In this document: positions 16,276 through 29,124 of the stretch, piece by piece
Layout of the letters: the number at the start of each line of letters is the position of its first letter
How positions within the stretch are numbered: the stretch's first letter is position 1
Source: Callorhinchus milii
Taxonomy: Eukaryota
DNA: 64,000 bases
Assembly (NCBI RefSeq): GCF_018977255.1
Contig: NW_024704748.1
Location: 27,156,001-27,220,000, forward strand
Direction of reading: 5' to 3'
Translations under genes and position numbers: made by a program
The notes under the pieces: model-generated
The model's database searches: none
Told to the model about the DNA's origin: nothing
Seen by the model: only the letters and a program-made list of their open reading frames with translations

Positions 16276-19200
16276 GCAGTGGAGCGTTTGATCCACCCAC
16301 AGCTGTGTGAGCGCTGCATCGAGTTCCTGGATCGGCAGGTGGTGCAGCAGATAAACGGCCGAGCGGAGCGGGCGAGCGAGGAGGTGGTGCACGCCTTCAT
16401 CCTGGTGCACACCAAGCTGCTGGCATTCTTCTCCAGGTGACACGTTTCCAATACATCCCCAATTGCCTTTCAATTGTTAAACAGATCTTTATTACAAGAG
16501 GTTGGGAACAATTAGGCTGGCTCATTGGTACCCACCTCTTGCTGCCTGTGGCATCACACTGTTTCGTAAATGAGTCCAGGATTCAGCCATGCCTCTGGTA
16601 ACACCATCCCACCTGTTAATAACTCTTTTGTAAGGAAATACTTCCTGGTTTCTGCCCTTCCCACTCCTGACTTGTGTCTTCTGTGCTGTTGCCTGCGCCT
16701 TGGAACGTCCTCCTGACGTGGAAGGCCCTATACAAATGTCATTTTGTTGTTGTTACATTAGTTTTATTTGAAAGTACTGTTCTACTACGGTTACTTTCTC
16801 TGAACATGGCCATTTTAGGAATAAACCAGTGTTAACCGGTGCTCAATAGTGAAGGTCGCTTGAAAATCATGACTGGGATTCATTGGCCTTCCTGTATGTG
16901 AATTGTGAATAGAAATAGCCCCATTAATGCTCTAATGTCACTATTGCTAATCATGCTTTTAATTCCTGCAGAGCATTAAATTCATTACCATTACTATTAA
17001 ATTCTCCTTCCCATTCCTCTCTGCAGTCGTAATGCCAGCTCTGTGAAGCCTTCAGACTTGCTCTCGCTCATCTTAATTGCACAAGACATGTATCCTAGCA
17101 ACGGCCAACTGGAGACACAGGCTGGCAAGGTGAGATTCCCTGGATTTGTATGGGGAGAAGGTGCTAACGGAGAAAGATTACACGTAAAGTATTCTGGGCT
17201 GTACAGGCAGTAAGTTTACCAGCAGTAAGTAGGAACCCGGTTGTTCCTGAATTGGCGGAACAGTTTTCTGGGAGTAATAATCCCTTCAAAATAAAAAAAT
17301 AAATAAAATGTGGTCACTCAATCCACAACTGTCCGTGGGACACTGCTGTGCGCAATTGGCTGCTGCGTTTTGCCCACAAAAATATACAGTCACCACACTT
17401 TATATTCTGTGAAGGGCTTTTAGAATTCTCGAAATATGAGAAGGGACTATATCAAAAGCAAGGATTATTATTATTATCTGTGCTGAATAGCTAATCTCAG
17501 CCAGCACAGTGGTCAGGGCTGTAACCCCCCCCCGGAGCTGGGGAGAGGGGAAATCAATTGTACCCTCGTCCTGATTGCTCTCCTGCTGAAATGTCTCTAC
17601 ATTAACACTGATGCTCATTTGTGTAACAGGATGTAGAGGACCTGACGGTGGCTGAAGAGTTCCACACACCTCAGTCTTCTCCCAGTCCACACGGAGCAGG
17701 TACTTGTGAGAGTTCTTGTTCATCTCTGTTCTCTTTCCTGGAATTTATAAAGTCAGCATAGATCCAGAAATGAGTGTTCCAGCATTCATGCTGTCTTTCG
17801 GGTGAGATGTTTAACATCTGCATGTTGTGTTGGTTCAGATTAATTCGAGGTTCCCATGACACTAATTTAAGGAAGAGCAGGGTGTTTTGGTGTATTCATC
17901 AACATTCCTCTCTCACCCTCAAATTTACCTGAAAAGTTAAGATTCCGTTGCTGTATTTGAGTGATCGTGGGGCAGATGAGCTGTCACTTTTACCTACTTA
18001 TGCCACTCCACCTCGGAGAAACTTTGTGTCATGCACTTTGAGATCTTCCAGCTTGGTGAGCGCTATAACGGTGGCCGTACTTTCAGTTACAACGCTCCGA
18101 AAATCTGGAAAAATGTTGTTCTATTCCTCCGCCTTGCCCCCTCTTTCCCCATCTTCGGGTTGCGCCTGAAGACCTTTCTCTTTGACCATGCCTACGGTCA
18201 CTTCCCCCCAGCTCGATGTTGTCCTCCGCCACTGTCAAGTATTCTGGGGCGTTACCCTGCATGAAGGGCGCTGTGTAAATGCAAGCTGTTGTATATCAGG
18301 CGCCAGCATGATTTGTATGTAGCCATTATAAAGAACTCATTTTAACAGTTCCTAAGATAGCCTTGCAGCACGATCTGCTGATAGCATTTCTGTGAGGGGA
18401 CCCACATTCACGTGTCTTTATGAGCTTCTCTTTATAGCATGTTTGCATTCTCTTACAGTCACACTCTTTAGGATATTAAACTCTCTTTCTCCGCTCCTGC
18501 TGTTTGAGTGCCCTACAAACCTATAACCTCTGACTCGGGTCCTCTCTCTTCAGGAGACCTTGGGATGGCAGGGAGCAGCTCACACACATTCCAATTCACT
18601 GACTCAGAGATACAGGTAAGTGATGGTAATTTATGCCCTGATTGTTACTTACTGTCCTATAGGACAAGTTAAACCCAAAAAGTCTCTGCTAGTTTCTTTT
18701 TCTCCATTTTTTCTCACCATCATGTGACACTATTAATAATCTTTGCATTTGATTTAGTGCCTTATCACATCATTGAGATGTCTCAAAGTGCTTCACAGGA
18801 TGTAGTGTAAAGTGGAGTGACTGTATTTTGTGGGTGAAGCAATATTGAAAAAGAGAATAAAGTTTTCCTTGGTGTCCTGATCAACAATCATCAGATAAAT
18901 TGGTTGTTCACTCCTGTATGGGTGTGTGGACCTTGCTTCCAATATTATAGGCACTTTATCAAATACAAGGATTGTTATGTTAAATATAGTGTACGCTATC
19001 CGGTTTATTCCTGCAAACTAGGGCTAACATTTGAGAGGTGTCTTGTGTGTCTAACTGCTGGTTGGACCACGGATCTGTATTGCTGGGGGAATGGGGTAGA
19101 GGGGCATTGCACACTACTGACATCTCTTTGCTGTGTTTAGATTGCTGAGGACACAGTGCAAGCAGCTTCAGAGAGTTCTGTTCCCAGGAGGATCTTCCTT

Positions 19201-22200
19201 GATGCTAATCTGAAGGAGCACTACTGCCCCATGATGCCTCACAACATGTACTGTATGTCCCTCTGGCCGGCCATCTCACTAGTGCTCCTCACAAAGGTCA
19301 GCAGGACTCATGATCAAAGCAGTTATAGATATAAGGGAGTTTCCTCCCCCTCCGATGTTAAATGCCCAGCACCACGTTCCATCTGACAGGGAGTGATGCC
19401 TCAGACACCACTGATCTACTCTGCTCCCTTCCCCTCCTGTTCTCTTAAAGCTTACCTTTCTCTTTTCCTGTTCCTGGTATGTGGCCTCTGGTGCCTTACC
19501 CGAGAAGCTCAGTGGGACAGCACTCTGGATTCTGAGTCAGAAGGTTGTGGGTTCAAACCCCACACAGGGACTTTGGACTCCCAGTCTGGGCTGACACGCC
19601 AGTGTAAATTAGCTAGTTTTGCAGTTGTTCACTCTCCCAAGTCTGTCCTGTGAGTCTTTGGGTCCTGATTGGGTGTGGGGTGTGGGGGAGAGAGGAATAC
19701 AAAAGTGATAATGAACGTGGCCAAATTGGGTAGTTTAAAGATCACATTTTCCAGTTGACGTGTGAAGAACAAAGCGGTGACTTACAGCTGGGATGGTTGG
19801 GCCAGGTTTCACCGATTCACATCTGTTTGATATCTGACAGATCCCGTCCAGCCACGTCGCTGTGTCCCTCCACCAGCTTTTAGACGCATTCACGGTGCTG
19901 GAGGCGAAGCTGAATGAAGGACAGGAAGTTGGGCACGCTCCTCGCGCTTACCCAAACATGGCGGATCTCCGGCACAGGATGGACAAATTCATCAAGGCTG
20001 TGGCAACCCGGGAGCGACCGGTAACAATAACAATAATAATCCTTGCATTGTGCGTCTTAAAACATCTCAAAGCGCTTCACAGAATATACTGTAAAGTGGA
20101 ATGATTGGGTATTTTGTGGGCGAAACACGGCAGCCAAGAGATGCCATTTTATTGCTATTTGACTTGTTTTATCTAAGAGTCACTGAGGTAACGGTAGTAG
20201 CCCAGTTTGTCTGTGTGGCTGTTTCACTCTTGTTGATGTGTAAATTGTGAGGAGGGAGGAGGGCAGAGTGAGATGCTCCTCTTGCCCACAATCAGAGATT
20301 GAGGGATTGATTTTGTGGTATTTCTTAATTAAGAAATCAGGAAGTGCGTGACACTGGCTGGTGGGAATGTGCTATGGCTTGCTCTATTTTGGCAGCGGTT
20401 TTCCCTTCAGTTACCAGAGGCATCCTCACTTAGGTTTCTTAATTAAGAAATTTGAGTGAAGCAATCCCTCAAGAAATATTGTGAAATTGGTGCCTCTGTT
20501 TGAAGCCACCTTTGGTGCAGCAGATTGCAACATGTCCAATGCCCCTCTCCCCCCACCAACTCTCCCCGCCCCACCCCCACACCCAAACATATGTCTATAA
20601 TGCCTGATGTCTTTTGATCTTTTTAGTGCAGATCGTGGCATCAAGCCTGTAAAAGCTAATGATGTGTTGAATCATTGTGTAGTTGCAGTACGCCTGGGCA
20701 GACTTCAAGAGCAAAGCCTTCTCCAAACCTGACACTGGGAACCATCACGAGTGAGTATAAGTGGAAGGTGCTTCAGATATTTGCTTTGTGGACTTATGTG
20801 AAGGGGGCGGAGACTCCTGGAGTAAGAGCTTTGAATACCGAATGTTTCCCCAACTCTGCTTTGCTTTGGCACTTCGGGATTGTGTTCAGTTGCAGGATGC
20901 CCTTTGGAAACCTATCCCACAATCCCTTCGCCTCGCTCCCTCCCTTGCCTCCTTCAAGGCATGTCTCAAGACCTTCCTTTTTGACGTGGCTTTGGGCACC
21001 CTCCTAACCCCACCCAACCCTAACCCCCACCTCCGCCCCCCCTGATCCGAACTGTCTGCTCGGGTCCAACTCCATGACTGTCCAGCGGGACGCCCTCCCG
21101 ACTTGAAAGGCGCTGTGTAAATGTAATGTGTTGTTGTGGTTGAAGCTGAAGTGGCATCCAGTGGTTGGAAAGATACTGCTTTCCTGACGTGCGGAGGATG
21201 AGTGTGTATCAGCTGCAGTTTTTGCGTGATTGACCGTGTTGACTTCCCTTGCAGTCTATTACAGGCCTGTCGTAACGTGAAGTCCCAGCTGTGCTCGGTG
21301 TACCAACAGCGCTTCCTGCTCAGGGCTGGCAGGGAGTGTCAGCACCTCTCCTCAAACCTCCAGGCCAGAGTCCTCGAAACTGTGCAGTATGTATTCCACC
21401 ACTGAGCTTCCCTTCCTGGGACTGGGCTGCTGAGCAAAATGTACCCTTTCCTAAGGAAATGAGGAGATAAATAGTGTTCGGTTATTCCTGTTAATTGGCT
21501 AAATTGTAAGCAGGGATTTAAGTTCACGATTGTCACCGGAAGAAATCAGGAGAAGTTAGAATCAACTCTTTCCAGCAAGGTTCCCTCTGAGATCTCTTGT
21601 GGATAAAGGGATATGGTGTTAAGGCGGGTAGGTGGAGTTAGAATAGATCAGCCATGATCTTATTGAATGGCAGGGCAGGCTAGAGGGGCTGAGTGGCCTA
21701 CTCCTGCTCCTGATTCTTATGTTCTATGCTCTTCGTGACTGAGGAACCGTAGCTTATCCATTCATTCCTCACAGCTCTAACAGTGGTAGTTAGCCTCGTT
21801 GCTCTCCTCTGCTCCCGATATCCCTTGATAACCTTGATGGGGAGGCAAAGGCAGGTAATTGGAGTTGAGGTATAGATCGGTCATGATCTTATAGAATGGT
21901 GGAACAGGCTCGAGGGGCTGAATGGCCTACTACTGTTCCTAAGTTCCTGCCTCTAGATTTTCAACAGTTCCCAATACAGGATAATTAGCAGAAATTTCAT
22001 GCTGGAACCAGGTTTGTAGCTCAGTGGTTAGAGCACTTACCTCGCAAGCGAGAGACCTGTGTTCAATTCCCAGTAGGGCGAAATGTTGGGAAAGTTTCCT
22101 TGCTCCACACACCTGTTTACGTAGCAGTAAGTAGGAACCCGGTTGTTAGTCAATTGGTAGATCGCTTTTTCAGGGGTAATAATTCCTTAAAAAAATAATT

Positions 22201-25200
22201 AATTGGTCACTTCTATCTACGACTGTTTGTGGAACACTGCTGCCACGTTTCACCCACAAAATACAGTCATTACACTTTACAGTGTATCCTGTGAAGTGCT
22301 TTGAAACGTCTCGAAGACATGATAAGGCGCTATATCAAATGCAAGTATTTTTATTGTTCCAGGAATAAATGGGACAGTGCTTTGTATTGTTGGTGTCAGT
22401 GCTCTCATCTGTTTGTGTCACTTTCAGAGGCAAGCTGATGGACTGGAAGGAATTTCTCTTAGTGAAGAGCAAGAGGAACGTCACCATGATCTCATATCCA
22501 TCTTAGTATATCTACATCTCAAAGCCCTCCACACAATCTCTCCCAATGTTATTATTATAATAATAATTCTTACATTTAATACAGCGCCTTACCATTTCAT
22601 CGAGATGTCTCAAAGCCCTTCACATGATGTACTGTAAAGTGCAGTGACTGTGTATTTTGTGGGCGAATTTGTTCTGTTATATACAACCTTCCTGTGCAGA
22701 GATGTGGCTGTGACACTGAAAATTGTGCAAGATTCAAATGAACCTTTCTCGCCGTCCTTCCCCTTTCTGAAAGAAAGGAGCAGGTCCCTATCCTGCTCTC
22801 ACTCCCAGGGATGGGCTTGTAACGAGACAAACTCCTTAGTTGTTCTGAACAAGAATTGGGATTGTACTCATCTTTTTTTCGAAGCCCTCTTTATATCAGC
22901 CATTTTCTCCTTGCTCGTCCCATTGTTCACTCATGTTTCAGCGATTTATCATTGTCTGCTCCCACTCTGGAACTCCATCTCGGAGTCCCTGGCCGCGCCT
23001 GCCCCCCTTCCCACCTTCAAAGTCTTACCTTTTTGTCTGTTCTTTCCATCCCCCAAGCATAGGCTCAAATTGTCAGGCGCTTTGAAATGTCCTCCTGACG
23101 TGAAAGGCGCAACATAAATGTAAATTGTTATCTTTAACCTGGCCTGTACGCATCTGCAAGATTTTCCTGGGCTGATTCATTTCATCTATGTGGATCGGAC
23201 AGCGGGTCAGATGATCGCACCTGCCATCAACATGATTGAAAAACCCACCTCTGAGCTGGGGAAAGGGCCGGTGGCGGCTTTCATCAAAAACAAGGTGACT
23301 CCCTAGTGCAGAGCAGAAACTTGGAGAATCAGCCACTGGTTGGGTTTATCAAGTCCTGTTTCAAAGGCTTTAAGTTTTCATTTGAATGGGCCTGGCAGCT
23401 GTGTGAGTTCGGGAGATGGCATTTGAATATGGGACTGACTTTCAATTTTGCATTTCTCATATTCCAATCCGGAATACCCTCCCCCTATTCCCTCGCTCGT
23501 GTCCAACCCATCCGTTATGTAGCGCTCCGGGACGCCATCTTACATGAAAGGTGCTATATAAATGCAAGTTGTTCACGATAAGAGTCGAGATAAGTTCTAG
23601 ATAATAATAAAAAGCTTTGCATTTGTCATAACATCTCCATGTCACTGAGATGTCTCAAAGCGCTTCACAGAATATATTGTAAAGTTAATTGACTGGCAAA
23701 TGATCCACCAATTGACTAACAACCGGGTTCTAACTTACTGAGAGGTAAACAGAATTGTGTGGAGTAAGGAAACTTGCCCAACATTTCACCCTGCCCGGGA
23801 ATCAATCTAAACATTCTTTTTCTCGTGCCCTTGACATATCCTTCACATTCCTTAGCATTGTAATGCTTGCAATTACATTTGATTTGTGTGAGTTCCCTTC
23901 TCTCTGCAAGAGTGGAAACTCAGCACTGGTCATGCACGGATCGGTACACTTGCCAAGCCTTGTTACAGTGGCAATGAATTGTGACTTGCTTTGTTGTCTA
24001 AGCTGTGCGGGCCTGTCTTTAACAACGCACCTTCTGTGTCATTAGGTGTGGTCTCTGGTTGGTTTGGGACGCCGGTACCTGCAGAAGGGATACACCACAC
24101 TCACCTTCAGGGACGGAGATTACTACTGCTGTTATTTCCTCTGGTTTGAGAATGAAACTGTAGGTATCGATCAGATGTTTTAGTAAAGATCAGAAAAACT
24201 CCTCAAGGTTGAGAGATCTGTCAGCCTTCTCTCACTCGCATAGCAGTGACTGCCCTTTGTTGCTCAGCAATGTCATGAATAATATATAATCTATTCAAAA
24301 TACAGTCAAATTATCCACAAGCACCGAGGGTTGAAGCCCCACGTCGGGACTTGAATAACACAGTCTAAGCTGAATGCAGTTCTAGGGATGTGTTACATTG
24401 TCGGAGGTGCCGTCTTTTGGATGAGACATTAAACCTGTCTGCCTGTTCAGGTGGATGTTAAAGATCCTATGGCACTATTTGAAAAGATAGGGGAGTTTCT
24501 CTCTCTCTCTGTCCTGGACAACAATCCCCCAAATAAAATTGGACGCTCACTCCATAGCTGTTTGTGGGACACTGCTGCGCGCAATTGGCTGCCTTGTTTC
24601 ACTCACAAAACACAGTCACTGCACTTTACAGTGTTTCCTGTGAAGCTCTTCGAGCCGTCTCGAAGACGTGATAAAGCGCTAATTAAATGCAAGGAATATT
24701 AGTGTTATTGTTATGAACTCCCTAATCCTGGTTCTGTCCCATTTTATCTTCAGGGTTTGTTCTGTTCCTCACTGAAAGTTTCCCTTCTCTCTGATTCTTC
24801 TCCTTTCCATTGCTCTTTCTAATATCAAAACTGCTATTAATTCACTCACCTGAGGTTTGAATTGTTTTGAGATGTCCTCCTGATAAGTGAAAGACACTAT
24901 ATAAATGTAAACTGTATTGTCTTTCTTGCTTTTCTCCTCTGATTTTAATCTGTGTGACCTTGGCAAGGAACCGTCCTCCATTGCACTATTCTACTCTTCC
25001 ACACTGACTGACTGACTGATTGCTCCTGCATTCATCCAGTCTGTCAGATCCTTATCTCCTGACACTTATGAATGTCTCACTAGTATTGCCAGAAAAATAT
25101 ACCTCCACCTTTCGCCTGTCTCTCACTTCAGCTTCTGCTACTCCTGGTCAATCTTTCCCTCTGGGTAATATGCTCGTCATCATCCTATTCTTAACATGAT

Positions 25201-26817
25201 CCCTCTTGTTCTTAATCTGCCACATGGCTGCTAAACGCCAAGACACTACCCGCGTGAAAGGCACAATATAAATACAAGTTGTTGCCGTTCTATCCTGTTA
25301 ATTTGCAACATTATGGAAGCTGCTCTTTTTAAATCGACTCTCAAATTATCATTGAAAGCTCTGGCCTATTCGTTAGTCATCGCTGATTTGCTGCTCTGCT
25401 GGAGATCTTGTGTCTCTCACACTCTGCTCATGATACAGTTTACAATGATATAGCACGTTTCACGCCATGTTCCTGGAAAGGAGGGAAATGGGCAGCTGCC
25501 ACTGCTTGTGGCTCTGCCCTGGTCAGTGAACAGTGGATTATGTGTATTTTGCAATGTTAGCTTGCCTCGTTCTGGAGGAAAGTAATGCCTCGTTCCAGAG
25601 TTGGTTCTATTTGCCTTTGGATTGAATGGCTTTCTCTGAGCACTCTCCCTCAATCCCTTTGCTTGGCCCCCTCCTTCCCCATCTTCAGGTCGCACCTAAA
25701 GGCTTTCCTCTTCGACCATGCCTACGGTCATCTCCCTCCAGCTCGGCATCGTGCCCCGCCATTGTCAAGCATACTGGGACACCACCCTGCATGAGGGGCG
25801 CTATGTAATTGCAAGTTGTTGTTGTCTTGTGTTCATGTCTGGAGGACCACCATCCCCGTACTGCCCTAACCTGAGTGTTTCTCTCGCCGTGTGCCCAGGG
25901 ATACAAGCTGCCAGGTATTGAGCTGCCCATGCTGTCTGACGACTCAGCACCCATCGGCATTTTAACTGGAGACTACTACAGGTACACAATCAGAGCCTCA
26001 GCAGGGGTGAGGTACAGGACTGACTCCAGCCTGTGTGGAGCCTGGTTATAGAAAGAGGTGTATTGGTGTAATAGAACACCAGCTCTCTGGGGAGGAGGGG
26101 AGGAGGTTTATACACACTGCTCTGGAGTCAGCAATCTCTTCTGTAACATCCAGTGGTTAACTGAGCCACATGTAGGACAGGTGAGGGATTGGTCACAGGC
26201 CAGACAAGTTACAGTCCGAATGCCCTCACCCTATCTGAAGGGAAGATCATCAGAGCTATCAGTAAGGCTCCTAGTGCTTCCTGGGACCAGTAAAATCTGC
26301 ACCAAGAGGCCAGGCTATCAACCAACATCCCAGGTTCTAAGTTCCAAGTCCCCTCATGGTGCATAAGCAATGTCTTGGCTTACCCCTGGGTGGTTGGGAT
26401 GAAGGGGGTAAGAATTCTCTCGTAGGTTTCAAATAGTCTTGATCATGTATGCCATTACCCCGGTACCATATTACCCTTTGTACTATTAGCCCTAAAAGCT
26501 GGTCTGTAATTCTCAGCTTCCTCCATTTTATCCTAGTACAGAATGTGTTTTGAACCTTGGTGCAACCCTCAGTTTAGGTAAGGATCCCAGGCTTGTGCTA
26601 TAGGGCTTTGCGGTGTCTGAAGTCTCTAATGTGTGGCCTCTCACTCTCCCCCAGGAAACTACTGCGATATTACAGCAAGAACCACAGCTCGGAGGTGATC
26701 AAGTGCTTTGAACTGCTGACCATCCACTTGGGTGTGGTCCCCACGCAGTTCATCATTCAGCAGTGCTGTGATTTAGCTCGCAAGCTGTGGGAGCCCTCCC
26801 GCATCCCACTGCTCTAA
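16276..26817 (+). CDS. HPS1: HPS1 (BLOC-3 subunit), coding exons 5-17
   Basis: Exons 16276-16436 ([14 protein letters not shown]...), 17027-17129, 17630-17699, 18554-18615, 19141-19296 ([16 protein letters not shown]), 19841-20020, 20683 or 20689-20750, 21255-21386, 22428-22493, 23150-23294 ([13 protein letters not shown]), 24046-24159, 25899-25981, 26655-26817 (...[14 protein letters not shown]). All phases are consistent. About 666-668 aa when joined to exons 1-4. Confidence 0.95.
22014..22356 (+). mobile_element. tRNA-derived SINE, near full length
   Basis: tgtagctcagtggttagagcac...gttcaattccc head, Deu-like core, tail aaatgcaagtattttt. Confidence 0.8.
22494..23149 (+). other. U12-type (minor spliceosome) AT-AC intron of HPS1
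   Basis: 5' end ATATCCATC (consensus ATATCCTT), branch-site-like TCTTTAAC at 23131-23138, AC at 23148-23149. Splicing here gives ...RNVTMIS/HLQDFPG..., collinear with human RNITMVSYLEDFPG. Confidence 0.88.
24325..24705 (+). mobile_element. DeuSINE-type element, long family (similar copies ~5280-5645, 5915-6290, 51660-52130 minus; 56968-57382, 63300-63675 plus)
   Basis: ...ggatgagacattaaac...ctgcctgttcaggtggatgttaaagatcc...gtcctgg.caacaatcccc...gctgtttgtgggacactgctg...gtgaagc...aaatgcaagg. Resembles SacSINE1/AmnSINE1 Deu-domain elements as recalled. Confidence 0.75.
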
Positions 26818-29124
26818 GGCAGCAAGAACAGCAGCTCAGTCTGTGCTGGAGAACAGTGGTCTTTGGGTGGTGGTGGGGGCAACATAGGACCAGGAGTAGG
26901 TCATTCAGCCACTCAAGCCTGTTCCCCGATTCTATTAGATCATGGCTGATCTGTACCTTAGCTCCAATTACCCGCCTTTGCCCCTTATCCCTTGATACCC
27001 TGACCTAACAAACATCTCTCCACCTCAGTCTTGAAAAGGCATCCACAGCCTTTTGGGGGAGAGAGTACCAGATTTCCACTAACCTTTGACTGAAAAAAAG
27101 GAAGAGGGAAAGGAGAGGGATCCCTAAAAGCTGCCTTGATTAGCTCCATCAATCCTCATTGACTGTAAGATCATTCAACCTTGAGCAAGGTCATTGCAGG
27201 TCAATGGCCTCAGGCTGCTATTGGGCAGGGGAGAGCCTCATTGCACCAGGGATCATCTGGTCCCAGCTCTTCTGACTGGAATCAACTCTCTTGATTTTGT
27301 GCAGCACATGGTTGAGGAAGAGTACCAGAACAATGGGAATTCAATGACACGTGCCCACATGTGTGGCCTGCCAGCCTGCCAATACATTACCAATTGTAAT
27401 GTGGGTTTGGTGTGGCCATCTGGTCGGGTGGACAGCTGGTTGAATTTTGCGTTGGACCCCATAAAAAGGTCCAGCGACTGGACAGCCTGCACTTGTGATG
27501 AGTTGGTAATACAGTATTGATACTTCACCATTAGGTGTCACCATTAAAATGGTGAAGCTTTGTACTAGACCAGCACTAGTCTTGTAGCTCCAAAAGACAT
27601 GTGGGGTAGTGTAACCACCTTTCTACACTTTGAGTCCTTGAGTATAATCTTTGAACAAATTCCCAGCTTCAGAATTGTGAGATCCAGTAGGAATGTCATC
27701 ACTCACTGTTGTGCTTTGTATAAAAATGTTTATCTCCTCCATCTTCTTTCTCTGCTGTAATGCTGAAATTAATAATAATCCTTGTATTTGTTATAGCGCT
27801 TTATTGCGTCTTTGAAACGTCTCAAAGCGCTTCACAGAATATACTGTAAAGTGAATTAATTGACTATATTTTGTGGGTGAAACACGCAGCCAATTGCACA
27901 CAGCAGCGTCCCACAGACAGTCTTTGATTGACCAAATTATTATTTATTTTTGAAGGGATTATTACACCCGGAAAAGTGATTCGCCAATCGACTAACAACC
28001 AGGTTCCTACTTCCTACTGGATAAACAGAGGCGTGTGGAGTAAAGAAACTTGCCCAACGATTCACCCTGCCAGGAATCAAACTTGAGTTGACTCGCCTGT
28101 GAGGCTAGTGCTCTTACAATTAGAGGAAACATTCTGCCAAAGTGGAGTCACAGAAACTCCCATCATATTTAAGAATAATTTAATTTTACAGCAAAATGAA
28201 ATTATAGTTTTTAAACTTGATCAGTGCGTCACTGATTTTGGAGCCCGTGTGATCCTCGGCCTTGTGATGTGCTGCTGCCTCTTATTTCTTTTGGTTTAAT
28301 TATAAATGATTTAAAAATAACTCAAATGGACCAAATAAGCAGGAAAGATAAATACATTTAGCTTTGGTTCCCAAGGCTATGCCCCAGCCTGAGGATTGTT
28401 GCCTGGTATAAAACCTTGCTCTTATTCCATTAGATCTTTAATATCCACCTGAACAGCAAGACAGGGTTTTGGCCTATTCAAAGGATGGTTTCTCTGATGA
28501 TGCAGTGCTTTCCCAACTGCTGTGCTGCTGTGTCAGCTCCAGACTGAGTTCAACTCCCGACGTGGAGCTTGAAGTTGCAACCTTCTGATCTAGAGGCGAG
28601 AGCCAAGCCGCCTTCTAGCAGGGATTTGATTAGCGGTAAATTGCTTTAATACTCCTGAGGAGACTTTGGGTTCCCTTTGTATTCAAGAAAAGGCAGAGAA
28701 CAAACGCTGCTTATAACCATCTGATTATATTGTGAGAGTTGCTCAATACACAGTCTGAGCTCCCATTGTAGTCTCAGTCTGAATCCACCGGCCCTCCCTG
28801 ATTCCATCCATCTCAAACCGTGAGGGGCGTGTGTGGAGCCAGGTGCACCCGCTGGAAAGACATCATTTTACAGGAACGAGCTCTGCTCTACTCTCTCTCT
28901 CTCTTGTGTCCTGGCTTGATCAAATTACTAACAAACATGGCAGGAGGAAGGAGCAATGTTGTTAGCTGCTTTGGTATAAGATACAAATGGGCAGGTGCGA
29001 GGGAATTGCCGCACCCTGCCTTCATTCATTGGTGACGCAATGGACCTGAGAAGGCGATTGTCCCTGTCCTTCCTGCCCTTTCATAACACTGGTGAGATTA
29101 GGAGCAGATGGTCAGGAGGTCCTG

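Noticed and set aside
24016-24045. Second U12-like branch sequence TCTTTAAC in HPS1
   Set aside because: The upstream donor (23295, gtgact) is U2-type, and the AG acceptor at 24044-24045 gives the correct frame.
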